Source: Candidatus Sulfopaludibacter sp. SbA3
GTDB taxonomy: Bacteria > Pseudomonadota > Alphaproteobacteria > Caulobacterales > Hyphomonadaceae
Length of the DNA: 32,000 nt
Assembly: GCA_945913285.1 (NCBI GenBank)
Contig: CAMEDD010000011.1
Coordinates: 1 to 32,000 of the forward strand
Direction: 5' to 3'
Shown: positions 7,082 through 16,138 of the stretch, piece by piece
How the letters are laid out: every line of letters begins with the position of its first letter
Numbering within the stretch: position 1 is the stretch's first letter
Program-made: the position numbers and the translations under genes
The notes under the pieces: generated by a model
The model's database searches: none
The model's input: the letters and a program-made list of their open reading frames with translations, nothing else
What the model was told of the DNA's origin: nothing

Positions 7082-8064
7082 GCCCCATACCCCTGAGCGC
7101 TTTCCATGCGGCGATGGAACGCGAGGCGTGCGGCATATTCAAGGGGGTTCTTGGGCCGCACGAGGGCGCCGGCGGGCGTCGAGGTCCAGTCCGCGAGCCG
7201 CGTCAGGAAAAAGCGCATCGAGGCGCCGAGGCTGAGCACCGGCAGCGCATCCCGTTCCATCGCACTCAGCGGGCGGACCGACTGGTAGCCCGCGATCAGG
7301 GCCGCGCCTTTGGAGAAGTTGTACTCGAGCGCCGAGCCATCCGCTGCATGCCCTTCATCGAACGCCCAGGCGTTCAGGCAAACGGCGAGATCATAGGCCA
7401 GCGCGTCCGTGCACGCGAAGTAGAAGTCGATGGCGCCGGAGAACTCATCGCCGAGGAAGAAGGCATTGTCCGGAAACAGGTCGGCATGGATCGTGCCGCG
7501 CGGTAGGCTGCTGAAAGTCTGCCGTGCCTGGACGATCTGGACGAAGGCGGCTTCGACCGTGTCGGAGAGGCCCGGTTGCAGCGCATTGGCCGCCTGCGTC
7601 CGCCCGGCCCAGAGTTTCGTCCAGGCGGCGGGCCCGAGCGCGTTCTCGCGCGTCATGTCAAAGTCAGCGAGCGCCAGATGCATCCGCGCGAGACCCTCGC
7701 CGAGCGCCCGGCACTGGCGCACATTCGGGCGGCGCGGCGAGAGGCCGTCCAGGAAGGTAATGATCACCGCCGGGCGACCTTCCAGCGTGCGCAGCGCGCT
7801 GCCATCGCGCGCCATCACCGGCAGGGGGCACGGGTAGCCCTTGCCCGCAAGGTGCTGCTTCAGGCCGATGAAATAGGGCAGGTCGCCCGCGTTCACGCGC
7901 TTCTCGAACAGGGTCAGGATGAACCGGCCTGTCCCGGTTTCCAGATAATAGTTCGAATTCTCCACGCCCTCGGCAATGCCCTTGAAGGCGAGCGCCGCGC
8001 CAAGATCATAGGCGGAGAGAAACTCCGCCAGGGCCGCGCCTGAAACTTGCGTATAAACCGCCAT
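7078..8064 (-). CDS. thrB: homoserine kinase (ThrB, APH-fold type)
   Basis: N-terminus is MAVYTQVSGAALAEFLSAYDLG…GIAEGVENSNYYLETGTGRFILTLFEKR and the catalytic loop is IHADLFPDNAFF. Both are typical of alphaproteobacterial ThrB. Confidence 0.9.
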   Translation of the reverse strand: MAVYTQVSGAALAEFLSAYDLGAALAFKGIAEGVENSNYYLETGTGRFILTLFEKRVNAGDLPYFIGLKQHLAGKGYPCPLPVMARDGSALRTLEGRPAVIITFLDGLSPRRPNVRQCRALGEGLARMHLALADFDMTRENALGPAAWTKLWAGRTQAANALQPGLSDTVEAAFVQIVQARQTFSSLPRGTIHADLFPDNAFFLGDEFSGAIDFYFACTDALAYDLAVCLNAWAFDEGHAADGSALEYNFSKGAALIAGYQSVRPLSAMERDALPVLSLGASMRFFLTRLADWTSTPAGALVRPKNPLEYAARLAFHRRMESAQGYGA

Positions 8065-8075
8065 AGGCGGGGCGC

Positions 8076-9575
8076 TTACGCAGTTTTGGAGAGCATGTCA
8101 CGCTCGAGCGTCTTGCCAGCGAGGAGGTAGTGGATCGCTGCCCAGCCATAGAGCGTTGCGAAGATCACGATCGACCATTGCAGACCGCGCGCGTTCGCAT
8201 CGTTGCATGCGGCGGCCACGTTGTCCTGGAGGCCGGTGACATCCTTGCAGAGCTGGAGCGTCAGCCCGAGATCATAGCCGCTCATCAGGACGGTTTTGAG
8301 GAACGTGGACAGGAAGCCGATCACCGTCGGGCCAAGGCCGATGCCGATAAGGTTCACCGCGAACAGCGTGATCGCAACCGCCGTCGCGCGCGTACGGCTG
8401 TCCACGACGCCTGCCGAGACGGCATACATCGGACCGAGGTAGAAGTAGTGCAGTGTTGCGGCCAGCATCAGCGGCGGGATCATCAGCGGTATGCTCGGCG
8501 CGAGGTAGCCGAGCCAGTAGAGAGGCACCGACAGGCCCATGCCGAGCGCCGGCATCCAGGACAGGGCGGTGGGGTAGCGCTTCGACAGCTTGTCTGCGAG
8601 GAAGCCCGACAGGAATACGCCGAGCGCGGCCATCAGGCCGAGCACCAGCGAGAAGATCAGCGCCGCCTCGGTCAGCGAGAGCCCGTGCGTTCGGCGCAGG
8701 AACGAGGTCGAGAATTGCGAGATGCCATAACCCGCGAAGGAGGCGATGGCGGCGCCGATCACCACATGCACATAGGTCGGTTTGCGCATCAGGCCGCCGA
8801 GCGCCGACAGGAATTTCTCCGGCGGGCCTTTCCGGTCGGCGCCGGGTGGGTCGCTATAGCCGCGCGGCGGTTCCTTGACGGTCAGGGCAAGGATCAACGC
8901 GAAGACAACACCAGGGAAACCGACAGCAAAGAACGCGATCCGCCAGCCTTCGAGGGACTGCCAGTCGATGAGGCCTTGCACCCAGGTCCAGCCCCAGTCG
9001 CCCAGCAGGGCGTGGACGTTGGCGCCGGTGACGTAGTCGTTGATAGGTCCGGCGGCGAGACCGGCGAACATCCCGCCGAGCGGAACGCCGAGGGCGTAGA
9101 TCGAAGCAGCCGTCGCGCGGCTGGTCGGTTTGAAATAATCGGCGATCACCGACTGCGCTGGCGGCGTGCAGCCCGCTTCACCCACGCCGACGAGCAGGCG
9201 GAAGATGAACAGCGTCGTGAAGCTTGTGGCAAAGCCGCACAGCACCGTCATTAGGCTCCACATGGCGAGCGAGACCATGATGATCAGCATACGGTTATAA
9301 CGCTCGGCAACTCGCGCGATGGGGATGCCGAGGGTCGTGTAGAAAATTGCGAAGGCGAGGCCGCCCAGCAGGCCCATGTGCCAGTCTTCGAGCTTCAGGG
9401 ATTCCTTCATCGGCTCGGTCAGGATCGCGAAGATCGAACGGTCGATGAAGTTGAAGATGTAAACAATGAGTAGCGAGAACAGAACGTAGCCGCGATAGGC
9501 TGGCGTTCCGTATCCGGTCTGATACCCGGGGAGGGTTTCGTCGGATGTCTGGCTAGAGGTGGCGGCGTCGGACAT
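8076..9575 (-). CDS. MFS transporter (Spinster-like subfamily), paralogue 1
   Basis: About 12 TM helices. MFS motifs are present: NFIDRSI…, GIPIARVAERYNR, LLVGVGEAGCTPPAQSVIADYF. I prefer the ATG at 9575, which follows GGAG plus a 6-nt spacer. The track ORF starts at a GTG at 9587. Confidence 0.85.
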   Translation of the reverse strand: MSDAATSSQTSDETLPGYQTGYGTPAYRGYVLFSLLIVYIFNFIDRSIFAILTEPMKESLKLEDWHMGLLGGLAFAIFYTTLGIPIARVAERYNRMLIIMVSLAMWSLMTVLCGFATSFTTLFIFRLLVGVGEAGCTPPAQSVIADYFKPTSRATAASIYALGVPLGGMFAGLAAGPINDYVTGANVHALLGDWGWTWVQGLIDWQSLEGWRIAFFAVGFPGVVFALILALTVKEPPRGYSDPPGADRKGPPEKFLSALGGLMRKPTYVHVVIGAAIASFAGYGISQFSTSFLRRTHGLSLTEAALIFSLVLGLMAALGVFLSGFLADKLSKRYPTALSWMPALGMGLSVPLYWLGYLAPSIPLMIPPLMLAATLHYFYLGPMYAVSAGVVDSRTRATAVAITLFAVNLIGIGLGPTVIGFLSTFLKTVLMSGYDLGLTLQLCKDVTGLQDNVAAACNDANARGLQWSIVIFATLYGWAAIHYLLAGKTLERDMLSKTA

Positions 9576-9614
9576 TCGGGTCTCCACGGGTAGTCAGGCA
9601 AGGGCAGGGCGGGT

Positions 9615-11108
9615 TCAGGTCGCAGGGCTCCAGCGGTCCTTCTGGTAGGTGCGGGCAGCGAGGAAATAGAAGAGGGCGGCGATGCCGAAGAAGAGCACCG
9701 TTGCGACCATCGATTGGCGCAGACCTTCCGCGTAGGCCGAGCAAAGCTCAGGGCCGGTCTCGCCGAGTTCGGCGATGCGGCCGGCGCAGAGCCCTGGATT
9801 GAACGTCGCGAACGCCTCTTCAAGGCCGGCCTTCTTGACGATGCCGCCCATGAAGGCGCTGCTCATCATGCCGGTGAAGAGCGGGCCGATGCCGTTGCCG
9901 ATCAGGCTGACGATGAGCAGCATGACCGAGACGGTCGTCGCGCGAGAGCGCGGGCTCACGATGGACGTGGATACCGTGTACTGAGCGCCGAGATAGGCAT
10001 AGTGCGCGATCGCCGCGATGACCCAGAGCCAGAAGGCCATGGTCAGCGTCGGGCTGAGAAAGGCGCCGACATAGGCGGGGATCGCAATCAGCAGGCCGAC
10101 ACCCGGCAGCCAGGCGGCGACCGAGGGAAAGCGGGGCGAAAGCTTCTCCGACAGGAAACCGCCGGCAAAGGTTCCGAACGCGGCAACGGCCGCAAGCGGC
10201 GCGCCGTAGTGCATCGCAGCCTCGGCCACGCTGACCCCATGCACGCGCATCAGGAACGGCGCCTGGAAACTGATCAGGCCGTAGCCGACGAACGCCACGA
10301 AGGCGGCCCCAAGCGATAGCGTCCAGAAGGTCGGCTTCCGGCTGAACTCCTTGAACGCTTCAAAGAAGCCGGCCTTGTCCGGGATGGACGACTTGGGGTC
10401 CGAGTAGCCGCGAGGCGGCTCACGAACGGTCAGCCAGAAGATAAGTGCCACGAGGATTCCCGGTACGCCGACGATCACGAAGACGAGGCGCCAGCCTTCC
10501 ACTTCCGCCCAGTTCACCCCGGTGAACAGGAATTCCAGGCCGATGGCATTCATCCAGCCGCCGAACGTCTCGCCCTTCAGGCTGGCGAGCTGGCCGCCGA
10601 AAAGCTGGGCCAGGACGCCGCCGAGGGTGACGCCCATCGAATAGATGCCAATGGCGTTGGCGCGGCTCTTGGGGGGATAATAGTCGGTGATGATGGAGTT
10701 GGCGGGCGGCGTGCAGCCGGCCTCGCCGATGGCGACGCCGATACGGAACACCAGGAGCCAGAGGAAACTGGCGGCAAGGCCGCAGAACACTGTCATCAGC
10801 GACCAGATGACGACACAGAGCCCGATGATCATCACCCGGTTCGACCGGTCGGCCCACATCGCAATCGGGATGCCCATGATCGCATAGAAAAGCGCAAAGG
10901 GCGGCCCCGTCAGAAGGCCCCATTGCGCATCGCTGAGCGAGAAAGTGTTGATGATCGGCTGAGCGACGACCGTGATCACGGTGCGGTCAATGAAGTTCAG
11001 CGTGTAAATAAGCGTCAGCGCGATGAGAACATAAGAGCGATAGCCCTTCGAGCCGTAGCCCGTGATGTGCCCGTTCGCGCTGTCAGCCGTGGCTGCAGTG
11101 GCCGTCAT
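9615..11108 (-). CDS. MFS transporter (Spinster-like subfamily), paralogue 2
   Basis: Same architecture and shared motifs as the neighbouring MFS gene (NFIDRTV, GEAGCTPPANSIITDYY, REPPRGYSDP). I prefer the ATG at 11108, preceded by GGGAGG. The track ORF extends to 11135. Confidence 0.85.
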   Translation of the reverse strand: MTATAATADSANGHITGYGSKGYRSYVLIALTLIYTLNFIDRTVITVVAQPIINTFSLSDAQWGLLTGPPFALFYAIMGIPIAMWADRSNRVMIIGLCVVIWSLMTVFCGLAASFLWLLVFRIGVAIGEAGCTPPANSIITDYYPPKSRANAIGIYSMGVTLGGVLAQLFGGQLASLKGETFGGWMNAIGLEFLFTGVNWAEVEGWRLVFVIVGVPGILVALIFWLTVREPPRGYSDPKSSIPDKAGFFEAFKEFSRKPTFWTLSLGAAFVAFVGYGLISFQAPFLMRVHGVSVAEAAMHYGAPLAAVAAFGTFAGGFLSEKLSPRFPSVAAWLPGVGLLIAIPAYVGAFLSPTLTMAFWLWVIAAIAHYAYLGAQYTVSTSIVSPRSRATTVSVMLLIVSLIGNGIGPLFTGMMSSAFMGGIVKKAGLEEAFATFNPGLCAGRIAELGETGPELCSAYAEGLRQSMVATVLFFGIAALFYFLAARTYQKDRWSPAT

Positions 11109-11367
11109 GTTGCATCGCCTCCCAGGGGAAAACACGCTTCTTTTGGCGCGTTTTGTTGTTGCATGACGGTAACGTCACCTCAGCGGCCTGCAAGCCTTAT
11201 CGTCAGGTCAGCGTCTGGCTTCAGAAATTTCACCCGGCAGGCGTGTTGAAACGGATGTCCGATGCCTTAGGGTTTTGTTTGCGAAGCCTCAGGCAGGAGA
11301 TGCTGCGTCGTGGATCTCGCCCGCAAGATGACCGCCCCCGGATCACTTTGCCTGACGAGACTTGCCT

Positions 11368-11837
11368 ATGCCTGCCTCAATCACACTCTCAGCCCTCAGC
11401 TTTGCCCTGCCGACGGCCGGGTTCTCTTTTCAGACCTCGGTTTCAGTTTCAATCAGGAACGCACCGGACGGGTCGGTCGCAACGGCGCCGGCAAACCGAA
11501 GTTTCTGAAACTGGTCGCCGGTCAACACGCGCCATCCGCGGGGCGCGTCAGCCTCACCTGCACGCTTGGCACGCTCGGCCAGCTGAAGGCCGTGCCGGAC
11601 GACATGACCTTTGCCGACCTGTTCGGCGTGCGCCGCGCGCCGTCGCTCCTGCGCAAGGCCGAGGTCGGCGAGGCGTCAAAGGCAGACTTCGGCGACCTGG
11701 ATTGGACGCTAGAGGCGGTGGAGGCTGGCCTCAAGGCCGATCATGGCGCCATCCTCGTGGTCAGCCATGATGAAGCCTTCCTGGCGCGCATTGGAATCAC
11801 GCGCCGGCTGGAACTGAGATCAAGCCGCTTGACCTGA
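11368..11837 (+). pseudogene. decayed ABC-F-type (duplicated-ATPase) ABC protein: frameshift, damaged Walker A, large internal deletion
   Basis: The ATG at 11368 opens MPASITLSALSFALP in frame 1. The family sequence then continues in frame 3 (DGRVLFSDLGFSFNQERTGRVGRNGAGKPKFLKLVAG), which implies a 1-nt indel near 11412. Walker A reads GKP instead of GKS/T. After DWTLEA the ORF jumps directly to a C-terminal-type end, ILVVSHDEAFLARIGITRRLEL. That leaves about 170 codons where this family normally has roughly 500 or more. Confidence 0.6.
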
Positions 11838-12004
11838 AGCTGACGACGCCCGGCGGACGGTTTGCGTCATCGCAGCCACCGCGTTCGATGTTACTTATTA
11901 CGCAAGCGCAGGGCTTCTCTTCTCGGTCGGACGGCACGTCATGGGACGCAGCGTCAAGCCGCGTTCGCCGCCGCTCTCAAGCGCTTCTAGTCCTTCAGGA
12001 CGCG

Positions 12005-12586
12005 TCAGCAATTATAGCCCTGATAGCTGCAGGGGATCTCTATCTTGACGAAGGGGTGTTCCATTTTGGCCGCAAAGCGTGCGCTGTGCGGTGCCGCGAA
12101 GGTTGTCGGATCCTTCTCCTGAAACCATGCCTCGGCGCCGGCGGCGGCGACAACGTCTTAGGGGCCGGGCGTAAAGTCATCCTCAATATGGACGATCACG
12201 AAATTCTCCGCAGTGTAGCGCGCGAGAACAAGCGCGCCTTGGCTGACATCGCCGCGCTTGTCTTATGACACAAGGTAATAGCGCCCTTTGGCGCCTTTCA
12301 TGGGCGCATCGAAGGCGCGGCTCCAGCCGCACCATTCAGCGCCGATGATGACCAGCACTGCCTTGCCTTCAGCCCCGGCCCGCGTTGTCGCAGCGCGGTA
12401 AAGGTCCAACGGGTTCGAGCACTGATCATAGGCTGCCGCGCGGCCGTCGCGGCAGTTGGGGACAAGCGACAGGGGCTAGGAGACGATTGTCGAAGCCGCC
12501 GCCAGAATGTCTACCTGCGCAACAGCGGGCGCGCCGGAGCAGGCCGCCGCAAACAGCAAGGCCGCTGCACCCGCGGCGAATTTCAC
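12005..12586 (-). pseudogene. thioredoxin-fold lipoprotein gene with three in-frame stop codons
   Basis: One minus-strand frame reads VKFAAGAAALLFAAACSG… (lipobox) …KAVLVIIGAEWCGWS…, a CxxC-type motif with the second Cys now Ser. It is interrupted by TAG (12476-12478), TAA (12263-12265) and TAA (12158-12160), and ends at TGA (12005-12007). No frameshift is needed. Its GTG start overlaps the map stop (GTGA). Confidence 0.6.
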
Positions 12587-13407
12587 CCGCGCTGGACCTT
12601 GAACGGCTCGTGCCAGCCCTTGGGCGAGGCGGAGAAGATCTCGTAGCCGGTTTCGGTCACGCCCACCGAATGCTCGAACTGCGCAGAGAGCTGCCGGTCG
12701 CGGGTCACGGCGGTCCAGCCATCGGGGAGGATGGCGGCGTCCCGGCGGCCGAGGTTCAGCATGGGCTCGATGGTGAAGAACATGCCGGCCTTGAGCTGCG
12801 GGCCTGTTCCGTAGGCGGAGGAGTGCACAACGTTCGGCTCGTCATGGAACAGGCGGCCGAGGCCGTGTCCGCAGAACTCGTCGACCACCGAAACCCGGTT
12901 CAATCGCGCGACTTCGCTGATCGCGCCGCCAATGTCGCCGAATCGGGCGCCGGGTTTTATCTGCGCAATGCCCGCCATCATGGCTTCATAGGTCACCTCC
13001 ATCAGGCGCTCGGCTTTGCGCTTCACGTCGCCGACGCCGTACATGCGGCTATGGTCGCCGTGCCAGCCGTCGATGATCAGCGTCACGTCGATGTTCGCGA
13101 TGTCGCCGTCCTTGAGCGCTTTCGGGCCGGGGATGCCGTGGCAGATGACGTGGTTGACCGAGATGCAGGAAGCGTGGCGATAGCCCCGGTAACCGATCGT
13201 CGCGGAGGTCGCGCCGTGATCATGGACGAACTGGTAAACCAGACGGTCCAGATGCTCGGTCGTCACGCCTGGTTTTACCTCCGCCACCAGCATGTCGAGG
13301 CATTCCGCCACGAGGCGGCCGGCGCGGCGCATGCCGGCAAAGCCCTCGGCGTCATGGATTCGGATTTCGCCCGTACGCATAGGCAGGAGGAGGTTTGTTT
13401 CGGTCAT
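12583..13407 (-). CDS. map: methionine aminopeptidase, type I
   Basis: MTETNLL…SCISVNHVICHGIPG…GDIANIDVTLIIDGWHGDHSRMY…GHGLGRLFHDEP…FTIEPML…EHSV carries the MetAP D/D/H/E/E metal-site motifs. The 143 upstream codons of the track ORF (to 13836) look non-coding, so the start is taken at 13407. Confidence 0.9.
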   Translation of the reverse strand: MTETNLLLPMRTGEIRIHDAEGFAGMRRAGRLVAECLDMLVAEVKPGVTTEHLDRLVYQFVHDHGATSATIGYRGYRHASCISVNHVICHGIPGPKALKDGDIANIDVTLIIDGWHGDHSRMYGVGDVKRKAERLMEVTYEAMMAGIAQIKPGARFGDIGGAISEVARLNRVSVVDEFCGHGLGRLFHDEPNVVHSSAYGTGPQLKAGMFFTIEPMLNLGRRDAAILPDGWTAVTRDRQLSAQFEHSVGVTETGYEIFSASPKGWHEPFKVQRG

Positions 13408-13549
13408 GATCTTGTTCCGGAAGGTGTGGTCTAAACATGACAGTTCCACACTGGTTTTTCCACCCCTCCTCAGGTGAAGTCTCTGGCCCCGCCTTGCCAC
13501 GGCCGGGAATCTGGCAGATGCACACGGGCTTTCAACTCTGGAGTTTCGA

Positions 13550-14878
13550 ATGATTGAACCGTTGGCACGCCTGTTGCGCCCGGCCGGGATCGCTGCGGCG
13601 CTGGTCCTGTCTTCGGCCTGCGCGGCCCATCCCAAGCCATCCGAGGCGGCGGCGCCTGCGCCTATCGAGGCTCCGCTTGCGCCAGCGCGGGTCTCCGACG
13701 AGGGGGTCAAGGCGCTTGAGGCGCGGATGACGCAGTTCGTCGCGGACGGCCAGGTCAAGGGCATTGCCACGCGCCTGATCGTCGATGGCAAGATTGTCAG
13801 CGACGTGACCGCCGGAATTCGCCGCGCGTCGGACAACAGCCCGGTCGCAGAAGATACGATTTTCCGAATCTATTCGATGTCCAAGCCGGTAACCGGCGTT
13901 GCCTTGATGATGCTGTATGAACAGGGCGCTTTCACGCTGGATGATCCGATTACCAAATTCGTGCCGGAGTTTGCAAGCCTCCGCGTGATGACGGGTGTGA
14001 CCCCCGAAGGCGCGCCAATTCTGACAGATCCCGAACACATCCCCACGATGCGCGAAGTGATGAGCCATACGGCGGGCTTCGCGTACGGCCTGTTCGGTGA
14101 CGATCCGGCCAACAGAGCTTTCCGCGAGCAGAAGATCCTGTCCTCGCCGGATCTTGATAAGTTCATCGGCAAGGTCGCCGAAGTGCCGCTCCTGTTCCAG
14201 CCCGGCAAGGCCTGGTCCTACAGCGCTTCAGTCGATGTTCAGGGCTATGTCGTTCAGAAAATCTCCGGCCAGTCCTTCGGGTCTTTTCTGGACACAAGGC
14301 TCTTTGGCCCGCTCGGCATGAAAGATACCGGGTTCTACGTTCCGGAGGCAGATGTTGACCGCTTCAGCGATGTTTTCGGATATACGGACAAGGCGCCCGG
14401 ACTCGTGCCTTTCTCCGTGCCTCAAGTCGCATTCCGGAAGGAGACGATCGGCATGGAGTCGGGGGGCGGCGGGCTCGTCTCCACCATGGATGACTATACC
14501 CGCTTCGCGCAGATGCTTTTGAATGAAGGCGAGTTAAACGACGTCCGCGTCTTAAAGCCTGAAACCGTTCGTCTCATGCGCACCAACATGTTGCCGCCCG
14601 GCGCGGCCCTCTTCTCGGACGGCTCCGGCGCCGCGCTCAACACCGCCGGTCTCGCTTTTGGTTTGAACCTCGGCCTGATTGAAGACCCGGCAGCCTCGGG
14701 GCGTCCGCAAGGCGCGGGGTCGTATTTCTGGGGCGGCGCGGCCGGCACCTGGTTCTGGGTCGATCCCCAGAACGACGTTATCTTCATCGGTATGATCCAG
14801 CGCTTTGCCACCGGCGGCCCGAACGTCGACTTCTCCGGAGAGTCGGGCAAGCTCGTGTACGGAGCGCTTCAGAAATGA
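13550..14878 (+). CDS. secreted serine hydrolase, beta-lactamase/transpeptidase-like fold
   Basis: It has a signal/lipoprotein-like N-terminus (LVLSSACAAHP) and an SxxK motif (YSMSKPVTG). GGAG lies 6 nt before the ATG. Confidence 0.85.
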   Translation: MIEPLARLLRPAGIAAALVLSSACAAHPKPSEAAAPAPIEAPLAPARVSDEGVKALEARMTQFVADGQVKGIATRLIVDGKIVSDVTAGIRRASDNSPVAEDTIFRIYSMSKPVTGVALMMLYEQGAFTLDDPITKFVPEFASLRVMTGVTPEGAPILTDPEHIPTMREVMSHTAGFAYGLFGDDPANRAFREQKILSSPDLDKFIGKVAEVPLLFQPGKAWSYSASVDVQGYVVQKISGQSFGSFLDTRLFGPLGMKDTGFYVPEADVDRFSDVFGYTDKAPGLVPFSVPQVAFRKETIGMESGGGGLVSTMDDYTRFAQMLLNEGELNDVRVLKPETVRLMRTNMLPPGAALFSDGSGAALNTAGLAFGLNLGLIEDPAASGRPQGAGSYFWGGAAGTWFWVDPQNDVIFIGMIQRFATGGPNVDFSGESGKLVYGALQK

Positions 14879-15636
14879 CCTCGCCAAGGCCCACCGCCGC
14901 CGTCCTTCTGATCGGAGATGAACTCCTCTCCGGCCGGACCCGGGACATCAACCTTCAGCAGATCGCGCAGTATCTGGAGCCACTCGGCATTCCGGTGATG
15001 GAGTGCCGGACCGTGCCGGATATCCAGGAAGAGATCGTGGCAGCGGTGAACGCGCTCCGGGCAAAATACACCTATGTTTTCACGACCGGTGGCATCGGCC
15101 CAACGCATGATGACATCACCGCTGACGCCATTGCCGCGGCGTTCGGTGTCGGCATTTCGGAGCATCCGGACGCGCTGCGTGAGATGGCGGCCCGCTACGC
15201 CGCCATGAACACCGAGTTCACGGCGCCGCGCCGGCGGATGGCGCGCGTGCCGGATGGGGCGAGCCTTGTCGCCAACCCTGTCTCCGGCGCGCCCGGCTTC
15301 CAGACGGGCAACGTGTTCACCCTGGCCGGTGTGCCGCAGATTGCGCGCGCGATGCTCGAAGATATCGGGCCGCGACTGCAGACCGGCGCGGTCGTCCACA
15401 AGGTGACGGTCAAAGGCAAGGGCCTGCGCGAGGGTGATCTTGCGATCCGCCTCGGCGAGATCGACGCGGCGGCCCCGGCGGTCTCGGTCGGCTCCTACCC
15501 CTGGTATCTCGGGCCGGATAACAACGGCGTGTCGCTGGTGGCGCGGTCCGTCGACGCGGCGGCGCTTGAAGCGGTGCGCCTGCAACTTGTCGCACTTTCC
15601 GAATCCCTTGGCATCAAACCGGAGATCGAAGCATGA
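14875..15636 (+). CDS. CinA-like / MoCF-biosynthesis (MoaB-Mog fold) domain protein
   Basis: AAVLLIGDELLSGRTRDINLQQIA…YVFTTGGIGPTHDDITADAIAAAFG is the competence-damage CinA N-terminal-type molybdopterin-binding fold. There are ATGA overlaps with both neighbours. Confidence 0.75.
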   Translation: MTSPRPTAAVLLIGDELLSGRTRDINLQQIAQYLEPLGIPVMECRTVPDIQEEIVAAVNALRAKYTYVFTTGGIGPTHDDITADAIAAAFGVGISEHPDALREMAARYAAMNTEFTAPRRRMARVPDGASLVANPVSGAPGFQTGNVFTLAGVPQIARAMLEDIGPRLQTGAVVHKVTVKGKGLREGDLAIRLGEIDAAAPAVSVGSYPWYLGPDNNGVSLVARSVDAAALEAVRLQLVALSESLGIKPEIEA

Positions 15637-16121
15637 GTTTTATCACCCGCACGCCGGTCCTGTGGGCCCTCTTTGTGCTGACGATCGCTCTGACGGTCGC
15701 CTTTGGGGCGGCTGCGCCCGCCGTGGGCGGACAATTCCTCGATATGGTATCGGCCCCTGAAGATACCCGCGCCGTGTTCGACGCGATGACGCCCAGCGAG
15801 CGGTCGATGCACTTCTGGCTCACCCTCTTCCTCGATACGGCCTATCCATTTTCGTTCGGCTTGTTCTTTGCCGGCATGGCCTGGCGCTTTTTCGGCAAGT
15901 GGGGCCGGTTTGCTGCGATCCCCGGCTTTGCCGTGCTGATCGTCGATCTCACGGAGAACATGCTGCAGGCGATCACTTTGTCGGGCGCAGCCTACGTGCT
16001 CGAGCCGAAAGCCTGGGTCTCTCCGCTCAAGATGAACCTGTTCTACGCCGCCGCGCTGATTGCTCTGGTCGCGGCCGGCATTGCCCTCTACCGCCTGATC
16101 ACCAAGAAAAAGCAATCATAG
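15633..16121 (+). CDS. hypothetical membrane protein
   Basis: 162 aa with about 4 predicted TM helices. GGAG lies upstream and an ATGA overlaps the preceding gene. No family was recognised. Confidence 0.55.
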   Translation: MSFITRTPVLWALFVLTIALTVAFGAAAPAVGGQFLDMVSAPEDTRAVFDAMTPSERSMHFWLTLFLDTAYPFSFGLFFAGMAWRFFGKWGRFAAIPGFAVLIVDLTENMLQAITLSGAAYVLEPKAWVSPLKMNLFYAAALIALVAAGIALYRLITKKKQS

Positions 16122-16138
16122 TTTCCGGAGGAATTGCC

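Noticed and set aside
11127-11176. Imperfect inverted repeat AAAACACGC…GCGCGTTTT and palindrome TGACG-N4-CGTCA between the second MFS gene and the ABC-F remnant, considered as operators
   Set aside because: They are short, one contains a mismatch, and there is no second copy or adjacent regulator gene. The evidence is insufficient to call a site.
11888-12268. 126-aa + strand ORF in the region lacking any minus-strand track ORF
   Set aside because: It is antisense to the thioredoxin-like pseudogene frame, has no motifs or RBS, and exists only because the true frame is interrupted by stops.
12005-12586. Possibility that the three in-frame stops (TAG, TAA, TAA) reflect stop-codon recoding or programmed read-through
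   Set aside because: All other genes in the window terminate normally at TAA, TAG or TGA. Two different stop codons are involved, and the CxxC motif is also damaged (C to S). An ordinary pseudogene is far more parsimonious.
13408-13836. N-terminal extensions of track ORFs: map to 13836, enoyl-CoA hydratase from 15899, the YgiD remnant to 17701, rnhA to 6514, the MFS genes to 9587 and 11135, and the hydrolase to 30379
   Set aside because: The extensions overlap neighbouring genes or promoters and are low-complexity. They are superseded by internal ATG starts that have Shine-Dalgarno sequences and match family N-termini.
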